DNA of 36,180 bases. Origin: Candidatus Thorarchaeota archaeon SMTZ1-45. GTDB lineage: Archaea; Asgardarchaeota; Thorarchaeia; Thorarchaeales; Thorarchaeaceae. Shown piece after piece: positions 1 through 8,991 of this stretch. Numbering within the stretch: position 1 is the first letter of the stretch; every line of letters begins with the position of its first letter. The stretch covers positions 1-36,180 of the forward strand of contig LRSL01000093.1 of NCBI GenBank assembly GCA_001563335.1, given 5' to 3'. The notes under the pieces were generated by a model. That model did not search any database. It was not told the DNA's origin and was given only the letters and a program-made list of their open reading frames with translations. Made by a program: the position numbers and the translations under genes.

Positions 1-224
1 TCAAAAACACTCATCCATGATGGTGCTAGATACGAAGGAGCAATTGGTTTTAGTGGGTTTGGATCCAATGTTCCCAGATATGGTGCAAATGTGGCCATAC
101 CAAAGAAGAAAAGCATGATAATCAGTCCAACGATTCCAATTTTGTGCTTTCGATATTCGCGCAAGAAACCGGTTAAATTGATGTACCAGTTGCTGTCTTT
201 CCAACCTTTTTGTGACCTCGACAA
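1..224 (-). CDS. dppC: Peptide ABC transporter permease DppC/OppC, N-terminal part (runs off the window edge)
   Basis: Not in the ORF track; translated by hand from TTG at 224 with GGAGG upstream: MSRSQKGWKDSNWYINLTGFLREYRKHKIGIVGLIIMLFFFGMATFAPYLGTLDPNP...APSYLAPSW, a typical OppC_N segment; dppD/dppF are nearby. Confidence 0.8.
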   Translation of the reverse strand, partial: MSRSQKGWKDSNWYINLTGFLREYRKHKIGIVGLIIMLFFFGMATFAPYLGTLDPNPLKPIAPSYLAPSWMSVF

Positions 225-348
225 GTTAAATCCTCCAATGGATACGTAATACATTCAATTCTGAGATAATGCAATCTTCAGAATTTGAAGTGAATATGCA
301 AATGCATTGTCTAATAAACCAGAAACCTTGAAGTTGCCCTAAAAAAGG

Positions 349-380
349 AATTGGTTCGGGTAGCACAATTAGTTCGGGTA
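349..380. repeat. Imperfect 14-bp direct repeat AATT(G/A)GTTCGGGTA, two copies, 18-bp period
   Basis: Copies at 349-362 and 367-380 with one mismatch, intergenic upstream of dppC. Confidence 0.6.
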
Positions 381-394
381 TGTCAAAATTCCAA

Positions 395-739
395 CTAATC
401 GCCATCTATCGTTTCTTCAAAAGGGTCCTCGATCAAATCATCATCATCTTCTGTGGGAAGTCCCTTCAACTCTCGGTCTTTAATCATCTGTTTGGTCCTT
501 CTATGAGCAACCCAAAGATCCGCAAAGACCATTCCAACCAGAAAGACTGTCAAGACACCTGTCAAAGCAAGAATGGCACCAATGAACCTTAGAGGTAATA
601 AGCCAAAAACCCACCATTCAACTAACATCAGATATCCAAGTACAATTAGAATGATTGGAATTAGTAGAATCCTTTTTCGGGGTTCAGTTCTTGTCTTTGG
701 AAAGGATCTTAACTCACGCATTGAAATCAACAAAACCAA
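395..739 (-). CDS. Small 2-TM membrane protein with acidic C-terminal tail
   Basis: Two hydrophobic helices, tail EDDDDLIEDPFEETIDGD; start may be the ATG at 721. Confidence 0.7.
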   Translation of the reverse strand: MVLLISMRELRSFPKTRTEPRKRILLIPIILIVLGYLMLVEWWVFGLLPLRFIGAILALTGVLTVFLVGMVFADLWVAHRRTKQMIKDRELKGLPTEDDDDLIEDPFEETIDGD

Positions 740-858
740 TTTGAAATCTAATGCCTTTTACTTTTTCCAATCTGGCGAGGGGGGGTTACTTTGAACAATT
801 CACTATCGTGATTGAAAATCATTGTTTCATCGTCTGCTTAATGTCTTTGAAAGCAACA

Positions 859-866
859 TATTTAAG
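859..866 (+). promoter_or_regulatory. Candidate archaeal TATA box (TATTTAAG) for dppDF
   Basis: TATA-like element with a purine-rich upstream stretch, about 80 bp before the dppD start. Confidence 0.35.
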
Positions 867-948
867 CCAACCATTGGGCAACGATACCCCAATAGGGTGA
901 GGTGATTCCACACCCAGAGCCAGAAATGGCTCGATGGAGTGTACAAAT

Positions 949-1941
949 ATGACCCTGCTTGATATTAGGAATCTGAGAATGTACTATAAGACTCAGAAAG
1001 GCTTAGTGAAAGCGGTCGATGATGTGTCTCTTACACTTGAACCAGGAGAATCAATAGGTCTTGCAGGTGAGTCTGGTTGTGGGAAAAGCAGTCTTGCCTA
1101 CTCGATTATGCAGCTTCTTCCACCTGCAGCAAATATCCTTGGCGGCAATGTATTCTTCAAGGGTGATGACCTGATTCGTAAGACTGCCAAGGAGATGCGA
1201 GATATCCGTTGGAAGAACGTAGCAATAGTCTTCCAAGGTGCTATGAACGCTTTGAATCCTGTATTTGAGATAGGAGAACAGATTGCTGAGGCAATCCTAA
1301 TGCACGAAAACGTGACTGAGGAAGAGGCCATAGATCGTTGTGCCAAGCTTTTTGAAATGGTCGGACTTGACCCCAGTCGTATTCATAACTATCCACACGA
1401 ATTCTCAGGTGGAATGCGTCAGAGAGCCATGATTGCAATGGCACTCGCCTGCAATCCAGACCTAGTAATTGCAGACGAGCCAACCACAGCATTGGATGTC
1501 ACAATTCAGGCTCAAATTCTCAAACTTATGCAAAGATTACAGAAAGACCTTGGTCTTTCACTCATCCTGATCACACATGACTTGAGTGTAATAGCTGAAA
1601 CTTGTGACAAGACAGCTATAATGTACGCGGGCAAAATAGCAGAGCTCGCAGATGTGGTGTCAGTCTTTAAAGATCCAGTCCATCCTTATGCTACAGGTTT
1701 GGTAGGAGCAATTCCAAGCATGGTAAAAGCTGAGCAGAAAAAACTTACATCAATTCCGGGTTCACCACCTGATCTTATTGATCCTCCTTCAGGCTGTCGT
1801 TTCCATCCAAGGTGTCCATACGCACAGGACATATGTTCGAAGGAAGACCCACCTTTCGATGAGATCGAACCTGATAGGTTTGTAGCTTGTCATTTTGCAG
1901 AACAACTCAAGGGAGAGCTAGAGATAGATTTAGGTGATTAA
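949..1941 (+). CDS. dppD: Oligopeptide/dipeptide ABC transporter ATP-binding protein DppD
   Basis: Walker A GESGCGKS, signature FSGGMRQR, Walker B VIADEPTTALD, C-terminal HPY and GCRFHPRC; ATG 949 follows GGAG (track start 934). Confidence 0.95.
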   Translation: MTLLDIRNLRMYYKTQKGLVKAVDDVSLTLEPGESIGLAGESGCGKSSLAYSIMQLLPPAANILGGNVFFKGDDLIRKTAKEMRDIRWKNVAIVFQGAMNALNPVFEIGEQIAEAILMHENVTEEEAIDRCAKLFEMVGLDPSRIHNYPHEFSGGMRQRAMIAMALACNPDLVIADEPTTALDVTIQAQILKLMQRLQKDLGLSLILITHDLSVIAETCDKTAIMYAGKIAELADVVSVFKDPVHPYATGLVGAIPSMVKAEQKKLTSIPGSPPDLIDPPSGCRFHPRCPYAQDICSKEDPPFDEIEPDRFVACHFAEQLKGELEIDLGD

Positions 1942-1943
1942 TA

Positions 1944-3002
1944 ATGACAGTTGACAAATCGAGAGTATTAACTGGTTCCATAGAAGTGAAAGATGGTGAA
2001 ACTCTTATTGCTGTGAGGAACATGCGTAAATGGTTCCCAGTTAATACAGGATTTCTTTCTTCTATGCTTTATAAACAGGAGTTGTTTGTGAAAGCTGTTG
2101 ATGGTCTTACATTCGATATTATCAAGGGAGAAGTACTTGTACTTGCAGGAGAGAGCGGATGCGGCAAAACAACAACAGGGCGGTGTATCCTCTATCTAGA
2201 AGTACCAACAGATGGTGATGTTGTTTATGCGGGTCAAAACTTAGCCACATTGGACCGCAATGAAATCAAAGAACTACGAAAGAGGATGCAAATCACATTC
2301 CAAGATCCATATGAATCCCTCAATCCCAAGCAGAGTATCTTCAGCATAGTAGAAGAACCCCTATTGGTTCATAAGATTCCACTTACACCCAGCCAGAGAC
2401 GTTTGAGGGTCCTAGAAGCACTAGAAAGTGTAGCACTTACTCCAGCCGAAGATTATATAGACAGATATCCACACGAACTTTCTGGTGGACAGAGACAGAG
2501 AATTTCAGTTGCAAGAGCTCTTATTCTACACCCTGAATTCATGGTGGCTGATGAACCAGTATCAATGTTGGATGTGTCAATCCGTGCCGAGATTCTGAAC
2601 TTGCTACTCACTTTGAGAGAAGAACTTGGTCTTACCTACTTGTTCATTACACATGACTTAGCAGTTGCAACATATATTGCAGACAGGATTGGAATTATGT
2701 ACCTGGGAAAAATCATGGAAATTGGTCCTGCTCATGATGTTGCATTCAGTCCAATGCACCCATACACTCGAGCGCTCATTTCAGCTGTTCCATCCGGAGA
2801 CCCAACTGTAAAAAGAAGAGTTGAGTCATTGAAGGGAGAACCTCCAAGCCCAATCAATGTTCCATCAGGTTGCCGCTTCCATCCACGATGTCCCTACGCA
2901 CAGGAAATATGTGTGCGAGAGGTCCCTGAAGACCGAGATATGGGCAATGGACATTTTGTGGCATGCCACTTTGCTGGCGAGTTGCCTGAAGTTCAGCTGT
3001 GA
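1944..3002 (+). CDS. dppF: Oligopeptide/dipeptide ABC transporter ATP-binding protein DppF
   Basis: GESGCGKT, FQDPYESLNP, LSGGQRQR, ADEPVSMLDVS, HPYT, GCRFHPRC. Confidence 0.95.
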   Translation: MTVDKSRVLTGSIEVKDGETLIAVRNMRKWFPVNTGFLSSMLYKQELFVKAVDGLTFDIIKGEVLVLAGESGCGKTTTGRCILYLEVPTDGDVVYAGQNLATLDRNEIKELRKRMQITFQDPYESLNPKQSIFSIVEEPLLVHKIPLTPSQRRLRVLEALESVALTPAEDYIDRYPHELSGGQRQRISVARALILHPEFMVADEPVSMLDVSIRAEILNLLLTLREELGLTYLFITHDLAVATYIADRIGIMYLGKIMEIGPAHDVAFSPMHPYTRALISAVPSGDPTVKRRVESLKGEPPSPINVPSGCRFHPRCPYAQEICVREVPEDRDMGNGHFVACHFAGELPEVQL

Positions 3003-3081
3003 TCTTTATGATGATGATTCATGGGTGTTTATTAGCTCACCTGTATTCATTTCTCATATTTGTACACCTTGAGGTGAAACC

Positions 3082-3519
3082 TTGACTGAGAATGAAGACA
3101 GACCAAGAATTCTTCGAGCAATCAGGAAATGCTTGGGTGAAGCTGATAAGTGCTTCAATGATGCTCAGGATAGTCTCGATGAGGTGTTTAAGGGGTCAAT
3201 GGGGGTTGGTATGACTCCGCTTATTGGAGGTTATGCAATTAAGGACCCGAAGAATCAGTTCAGACAAGCATTGATCAAAGTTGATTCTGCCGATAAGGCA
3301 TTACTACCTCTTTTAAAAAGGGTCAAGGATGGTAGAGTGAATGAGTCACACTTCAAATCACAACGGGCTATGATTCTCTTGGGTGATCTTATGGGTATGG
3401 ATTACAATATTCTCATTCAAAAACTGAACGAACAAAGAGGGCGTGAATCAACATGGTATCGTTTGAAGGAGTTACGAGAGAAAATTGCTGAGTTGTTGGA
3501 GCTCATAGCTGATGAGTAG
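3082..3519 (+). CDS. Hypothetical alpha-helical protein
   Basis: TTG start after GAGGTG, 145 aa, amphipathic helices, co-oriented with neighbours. Confidence 0.75.
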   Translation: MTENEDRPRILRAIRKCLGEADKCFNDAQDSLDEVFKGSMGVGMTPLIGGYAIKDPKNQFRQALIKVDSADKALLPLLKRVKDGRVNESHFKSQRAMILLGDLMGMDYNILIQKLNEQRGRESTWYRLKELREKIAELLELIADE

Positions 3520-3601
3520 TATTCCGTAGAACTAGCAAAGATAATAACGATTCAATCGCATTTCTTTGTACTGGGCAAACACCATAGAGTGGTTCCGGCA
3601 T

Positions 3602-4270
3602 ATGAGTAACTCAGAGAATCAAAGTAATTTCCTCAAAGATCTTGAGCATACAGAGATTGTTTTACAGGATTTACTTGCGACTCTCTCGAGTCTGAATTCA
3701 GCACTGAAACCTATTGAAAGCAGAATGAAGCTAAGTGATTTTGCCTCGAGTGGAGAATATGTTCAAGGATCTTCAAAAGGTATTGTCTGTGTGCTTTCAG
3801 GTTTAATAAGAGGTGATCCACTAGAAAAAATACTAACAGAGAAAGGAAGAGGAAAAGATATTCCTACACTCATCAAAGCAGGAGATCGTAGTGAATCACA
3901 AGCGACTGTTGAAAGTATAGTGAACATATTACATGCTGAGGACAAAAAAAGAAGTTTGGAGTATATTATCAATCTAAGATGGGCAGAGTTTCCCTCATTA
4001 TTAGAGGACGGGATGGTTGTCATAAGAGGAACGAGGTATGTGGGAGGTAGCCCTCTGAGATTAACAAAACTGGAGGCGAATTTGGGAAAACTAGGTCTTA
4101 GGGTACTCAAAGATAGTGGTGAGTTTGGTGGAGGTCCATTATCCTATAGAATTGCAAAATCATTCATTAATAGACACAACCTGCTAATTGCAGAACTAAC
4201 GCTCTCTCGTCAGGTTATTGAGAGTGATAATGTAGTAATCAAGATACTGAACATGCTTGCCGCTTTCTAG
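3602..4270 (+). CDS. Hypothetical protein; C-terminus weakly resembles N-formylglutamate amidohydrolase (Zn-carboxypeptidase-like) fold
   Basis: LGLRVLKDSGEFGGGPLSYRIA...LIAELTLSRQV echoes the FGase pattern GYxV..N.PFAGG.IT...A.QIEI.R; metal ligands not evident; abuts the ligase gene. Track start 3566. Confidence 0.6.
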   Translation: MSNSENQSNFLKDLEHTEIVLQDLLATLSSLNSALKPIESRMKLSDFASSGEYVQGSSKGIVCVLSGLIRGDPLEKILTEKGRGKDIPTLIKAGDRSESQATVESIVNILHAEDKKRSLEYIINLRWAEFPSLLEDGMVVIRGTRYVGGSPLRLTKLEANLGKLGLRVLKDSGEFGGGPLSYRIAKSFINRHNLLIAELTLSRQVIESDNVVIKILNMLAAF

Positions 4271-4280
4271 GTGCATGAAC

Positions 4281-7200
4281 ATGGGTTCAACAGCTGAAAA
4301 CTCGGAGATGCAACTTCCATTCCCTCATGGAATAGAAGTTGAACTCCAAGTAATTCGGAGGGACGGCACCTGGATTCGTGGAGAAGAAATTCTTCAAGTT
4401 TTTGACGAGATTGTTTCTAGCGCTAAGGGTCTGTTGGAAAAGAAGATTCGCTCATCAGTTCTAGAATCTGTTAAGAGAAAGTACAAACAATCAGCTCAGA
4501 CTGAAGAAGGAGAGAGAGGTTCGAGGATTGTAGCATTATACGAAGACCCAAATGGAGAAATTAAGGAGTATACTCTTTTGGGGCATGATCCTAATGTGAC
4601 TAGTCTGACATGGATTCTTGAAGTTGCCACTCCACCATGTACAACACTTGAGGAGCTTGCATGGTGGATTCAAACTCTCATTGCTATATCGCAGGATGCA
4701 CTTCCTGTAGATTCCAATGCTATCTTAATTTCAACAGGATTGAACCCAACTCAGGAGTACCTGAGAAATTTATCTTTTGGAGAGCATCATCATATACTTA
4801 GTTCAAGTACAGATGAGAAGACAAAGATTGCAGTCTATAATATGATACGGAATTTCCTCCCTCATCTTATTGCCCTTTCAGTCAACTCACCATTTGAAAG
4901 TAAAAAACCGAGTGATGAAGTTTTAATTTCAGAAGATGGGAGATTGAAGGCACCTCGGTGTAAGAAATCGATTAGATTGTTCAGAAATACGACACAAATG
5001 GGTCCAACAAATGAGTTTGAATTTATTCCCTATCTTCGTGGTTCTGATAAAGAATCATTCGCTCGTCATGTAAATCGAAGCTATGCACGAATGGTCGATA
5101 TGTATCCCTTCACTGATTATGGGACTATTGAAATTCGAGTGTTTGACACCCAATTGTCAATCCCGCGAAGAATGGGGCTAGCTTTGATACTTCAAGCATT
5201 AGCATTCAAAGCAAAGAAGATGGTTGAGAGGGGAGAACCAATCCCAGATGTAGGAGCTAAAGCCCTAGCAGCTAACAGAGATTCAGCGCTATCAGCGGGA
5301 TTATGGGGACCTTTCCGAGCGGGAGGAGAAGGCAAAGAAACAAACTATCTCAAGATGTACAATTATCAAATCACTGATGTTGGTACTGTGAGTGGAACTA
5401 AGAAAAACAGATTCCTTGGTGATGCAGTTATTTCAATGTTGTACTTAGTCAAGGATGAACTGGAAGAGCTGAATATAATCGAGAATCCTTTCATTCAAGC
5501 CTTATTCGTTTCAGTCTTTGGAAGTGAGTATGTTGAACCTCGTACAACAAGTGCTGATTTCCAGCTTGAGGTTTATGCCAAATCAGACAACAATATGGTT
5601 GTTTTGATGAAACGGCTTTTGGAAGTCACTAGAGAATGCAGTACCAATTGGTTGTATGATCCAATTGAAGGCATACCTCATCTTCCAGCTTGGTTATGTT
5701 GGTGGAAAGGTCTTGAGCCAGAAATCATCATAGATGCTGAGAGAGTCTTTGCAGGGCAGGATGTTCATTTCAGTTTCCTATTAAAAAATACTACTGGTCG
5801 ACAGTTAGATGATATTTCAATTTCATACGCAATAGAAGACTCTGAGCGTAACTCTATTGATAACAATATTCTGACAATATCTGGTATCGAGGATGGAGAA
5901 ATACATGTTTCAGATGTATCATTCAAGACAAAGAAGAACATTACTGCTTACAACATAATTGCAGAAGTGGGTTTTGTTGGAAGGGTTATCACGCTCACTA
6001 ATACAATCAACATGTATTGGATGAAAGCCTCAATAAAACCAGGTACAACAACACAATTTGCAGATGGTAAAGCGCCAGTCCTCTTTGAAGGACAGATAGA
6101 AACTAACTATCCAACACAAACCGAAGTGAAATGTCAGGTCAGCATTATTGCGCCAACTATTGAAAGAACCCTGTTCACTTCTGAAGAAGTATTACAGGTA
6201 GAGAGCGGTCATGCTATCAAATTTGATAATACCAAATTCCAGCCAATTCTTATTCCTTCAGATGCTGCTGATGGAGTAGAACGGTGCATATTACAGGTCC
6301 GTCTTTTCAATCAAGCTGGAACTGAAATTGCTGAAGCGATGTCCAAACCATTCTACGTGGGATTTGTAAAAAGAGGACCTCAAGTTGTATTAACAACAGA
6401 ACTGAAAGACGAATATAATATCGGAGAGATGATTTCTGGCGATATCCTTGTTAGCAATCTTGGAAAGAAAATCGGAACTGACACAAGACTTTTACTAGAA
6501 TTCATCAGCGATTCCGGTAGAACTTATTTAATTGAAGAATTTCTGAAGGAAGAGTTGGAAGCTGGTCCTGTTAGCTTTCTGTGGAAGATACCAATGATGT
6601 CTGTTGAGAGTTCAACAGATAGAGTTGGAATAATTAAAGCATCTCTCAAAGAAAAGGGGAAGTTAGTTGCATCAGCTGAATCAGATAGACTTAGAATTGA
6701 GCAGGTCACCACAAGAGTCAATATCGACTCTCTAAGAGTTCCTCAACGATCTCATATCGGGGGCAAGGTTTCTGGCTGGTTGAGAATCCGGAGGAATACA
6801 GAGGTTGGTGAACCTGCCATCCTAAACATATCATTTGTATACCCTGATGGTGATGAACATCGAGTTCTGACTCAACCAGTTAAACAGAGTAAGAACTTGT
6901 CAGTTGCTTTTGGGCCAGTTGTTGTTCCGGCACCTCGTGCGAGTGTTAATCATCGAAATGTTATCTTGATAGCCTCACTGAGTTATGCGGGTATTGAAGT
7001 CGATAAGAGATCTACTGAAATTGATCTTGTTGGAGGACCAAAGATGGATATCGCACAGATTGAATTTGTGGGACTTCCAGATTTCACTTCCCCTGATGAA
7101 CTGATTCAGCCTACTGTAAAACTAGAAAGTAATGTTGAGAAATCCATAAGCTGCCTTCTCACTGTTGAGCTTGAGTCAATAGGGGGTAATAGAGACCTTC

Positions 7201-7718
7201 TAAATCAGGAACTAGATCTTGAACCCGGAAAACAAAGATTATTTCCGATTCCTGTTAGAATTCCATTAAGTGCAGAAATGAGTACTGCTCACATACGAGC
7301 AACACTCAGGTGCGGAGGAAGGTCGTATGAGAAAAAGCAGAGGTTCAAGATCAAAGCAATAGAGAGTCCATTATTCAAGATAGGATTTTCAATTCGAAAT
7401 GAAGCAGGAGATGAAATACCAGGTCTAGTTGCTAGACTATCTACCATCGAAATTATAGCTACAGTTGAAAGCGTTCGTGAGAAGATTGAGGATTTAGTAT
7501 TGAACATTCGAATCATGTCAAGAAGAAACATCATCAGAGAATTCGAAGTACCACTCCCAGACCCTGGTTTGAAAACAAACATGGTCAATGTGAAATGGAT
7601 CACCCCACCCATTGATGTTGTCACCGGATACTATGTCGATGCAGTGATTCTGCAATCTGGTCGTCAACTTCCATCAAGAGCTATTGAGCTGGTCAAAAGG
7701 CAATTTACTGTTTATTGA
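4281..7718 (+). CDS. GCS2/YbdK-family carboxylate-amine (gamma-glutamyl) ligase fused to multiple Ig-like beta-sandwich domains
   Basis: GIEVELQV, LEVATPPC, FGEHHHI, LPHLIALSVNSPF, YGTIEIRVFDTQ; the C-terminal ~670 aa has repeated CARDB/Ig-like starts (FAGQDVHFSFLLKN, YNIGEMISGDILVSN, HIGGKVSGWLRI). ATG 4281 follows AGGTG. Confidence 0.85.
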   Translation: MGSTAENSEMQLPFPHGIEVELQVIRRDGTWIRGEEILQVFDEIVSSAKGLLEKKIRSSVLESVKRKYKQSAQTEEGERGSRIVALYEDPNGEIKEYTLLGHDPNVTSLTWILEVATPPCTTLEELAWWIQTLIAISQDALPVDSNAILISTGLNPTQEYLRNLSFGEHHHILSSSTDEKTKIAVYNMIRNFLPHLIALSVNSPFESKKPSDEVLISEDGRLKAPRCKKSIRLFRNTTQMGPTNEFEFIPYLRGSDKESFARHVNRSYARMVDMYPFTDYGTIEIRVFDTQLSIPRRMGLALILQALAFKAKKMVERGEPIPDVGAKALAANRDSALSAGLWGPFRAGGEGKETNYLKMYNYQITDVGTVSGTKKNRFLGDAVISMLYLVKDELEELNIIENPFIQALFVSVFGSEYVEPRTTSADFQLEVYAKSDNNMVVLMKRLLEVTRECSTNWLYDPIEGIPHLPAWLCWWKGLEPEIIIDAERVFAGQDVHFSFLLKNTTGRQLDDISISYAIEDSERNSIDNNILTISGIEDGEIHVSDVSFKTKKNITAYNIIAEVGFVGRVITLTNTINMYWMKASIKPGTTTQFADGKAPVLFEGQIETNYPTQTEVKCQVSIIAPTIERTLFTSEEVLQVESGHAIKFDNTKFQPILIPSDAADGVERCILQVRLFNQAGTEIAEAMSKPFYVGFVKRGPQVVLTTELKDEYNIGEMISGDILVSNLGKKIGTDTRLLLEFISDSGRTYLIEEFLKEELEAGPVSFLWKIPMMSVESSTDRVGIIKASLKEKGKLVASAESDRLRIEQVTTRVNIDSLRVPQRSHIGGKVSGWLRIRRNTEVGEPAILNISFVYPDGDEHRVLTQPVKQSKNLSVAFGPVVVPAPRASVNHRNVILIASLSYAGIEVDKRSTEIDLVGGPKMDIAQIEFVGLPDFTSPDELIQPTVKLESNVEKSISCLLTVELESIGGNRDLLNQELDLEPGKQRLFPIPVRIPLSAEMSTAHIRATLRCGGRSYEKKQRFKIKAIESPLFKIGFSIRNEAGDEIPGLVARLSTIEIIATVESVREKIEDLVLNIRIMSRRNIIREFEVPLPDPGLKTNMVNVKWITPPIDVVTGYYVDAVILQSGRQLPSRAIELVKRQFTVY

Positions 7719-7820
7719 ATGACATGGGTTCTATGGTCATAAAATACTCATAGTTCCTTGATTGAGGAAAAAGGACCTATTAAAACCCCATCTTGACAAC
7801 AAATGGATTACGACCTTTGC

Positions 7821-7834
7821 CGAATAATTATTCG
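7821..7834. promoter_or_regulatory. Perfect 14-bp palindrome CGAATAATTATTCG, candidate operator
   Basis: Self-complementary, in the 346-bp intergenic region upstream of the DUF92 gene. Confidence 0.45.
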
Positions 7835-8064
7835 TGTAAATATGATTCGACTATTGCCGACATTCATAGGAAAATCGTTATATTGACTAAAAAAAGATGG
7901 AGAATTCATATTCCTAAGGCAAAGCTATAAATGCTAACTTTGTGCCGCAGATTGGTAATTAGACCCAATAACTAGGATATGATATATACTCATAGAACAT
8001 TCAACAACGACTTCGACTATATGACTAATATTTGAAATCTCCAACAACCATGGATGTGAAATGA

Positions 8065-8991
8065 ATGCTTGATATGCTGATGCATCCGGCTGTTTCCGGA
8101 TTATTGGTTATGACATTGTTTGGAGCATTAGCATACAAGCTTCATTTTGTTGACATATCTGGTTTGATAAGTGCCTTCGTTGTTGGATTCACAATCTGGT
8201 ACACTGGAGGGGTCGTGTCGTTTGTCATCATCCTATTCTTCTTCTTGAGTGCAGGCATTGCAACTAAGATGAAATACAAAGAAAAGGCCAAACATAATCT
8301 TGCTCAGGAAGGTAAAGGAAAACGTTCTTGGAAAAATGTCTTTGGAAGCGGAATAATCCCAATGATGTTCTCGGTAGGGATACATCTTACAGGTCAGTTT
8401 CCAGATCTTGCAGCTGCAGGATGGCCATTCCTTATGTTTGGCGGCTATATAGGAGCTGTTGCTACAACAAGTGCTGACACACTAGCAAGTGAAATTGGTG
8501 TGTTTAGCAAGAGTAAACCACGACTGATAACTAATCTCAGAAGAAAAGTACCTCGTGGTACAATCGGTGCAGTATCACTACTTGGAGAAGGAGTTGCGTT
8601 ATTTGCAGGACTTTTCATAGGAGTTATCGCTCTCCTCTTTTCATTTGTATCCCCCAACCTAGTTCCAGCTATAACAACCACTGAACAACTTATTGTACTC
8701 GTCCCACTCTCAGTCTTAACTGCATTTATTGGATGTAATCTTGACAGTCTCTTTGGAGCTGTTCTTCAGAATAGGTTCGTCTGTGAGATCTGTGGAGCAG
8801 TGACTGACAAAGAATTTCATTGCAACTATGAAACGAAGTATATCGGTGGTTTTAAGACTTTTACAAATATGCATGTCAATTTGGGTTCTTCAGGCATGGG
8901 AGCAACTCTTGGCATTATCTTAGGAGCTGGACTCTTTGTTTGGATCCTAGGCGGGCTCTTCTTCTGGATTGTAGCATCATCTAGTAGCTAA
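8065..8991 (+). CDS. DUF92/TMEM19-family membrane protein with Zn-ribbon insert
   Basis: FFLSAGIATK, GKRSWKNVFGSG, SADTLASEIG, VPRGTIGAVSLLG, LDSLFGAVLQ, then CEICG...HC. Confidence 0.9.
   Translation: MLDMLMHPAVSGLLVMTLFGALAYKLHFVDISGLISAFVVGFTIWYTGGVVSFVIILFFFLSAGIATKMKYKEKAKHNLAQEGKGKRSWKNVFGSGIIPMMFSVGIHLTGQFPDLAAAGWPFLMFGGYIGAVATTSADTLASEIGVFSKSKPRLITNLRRKVPRGTIGAVSLLGEGVALFAGLFIGVIALLFSFVSPNLVPAITTTEQLIVLVPLSVLTAFIGCNLDSLFGAVLQNRFVCEICGAVTDKEFHCNYETKYIGGFKTFTNMHVNLGSSGMGATLGIILGAGLFVWILGGLFFWIVASSSS

Noticed and set aside
1-204. Track ORF MERQQLVHQF (67 aa, minus strand)
   Set aside because: Wrong frame; the overlapping frame from TTG 224 has an RBS and a clear DppC N-terminus.
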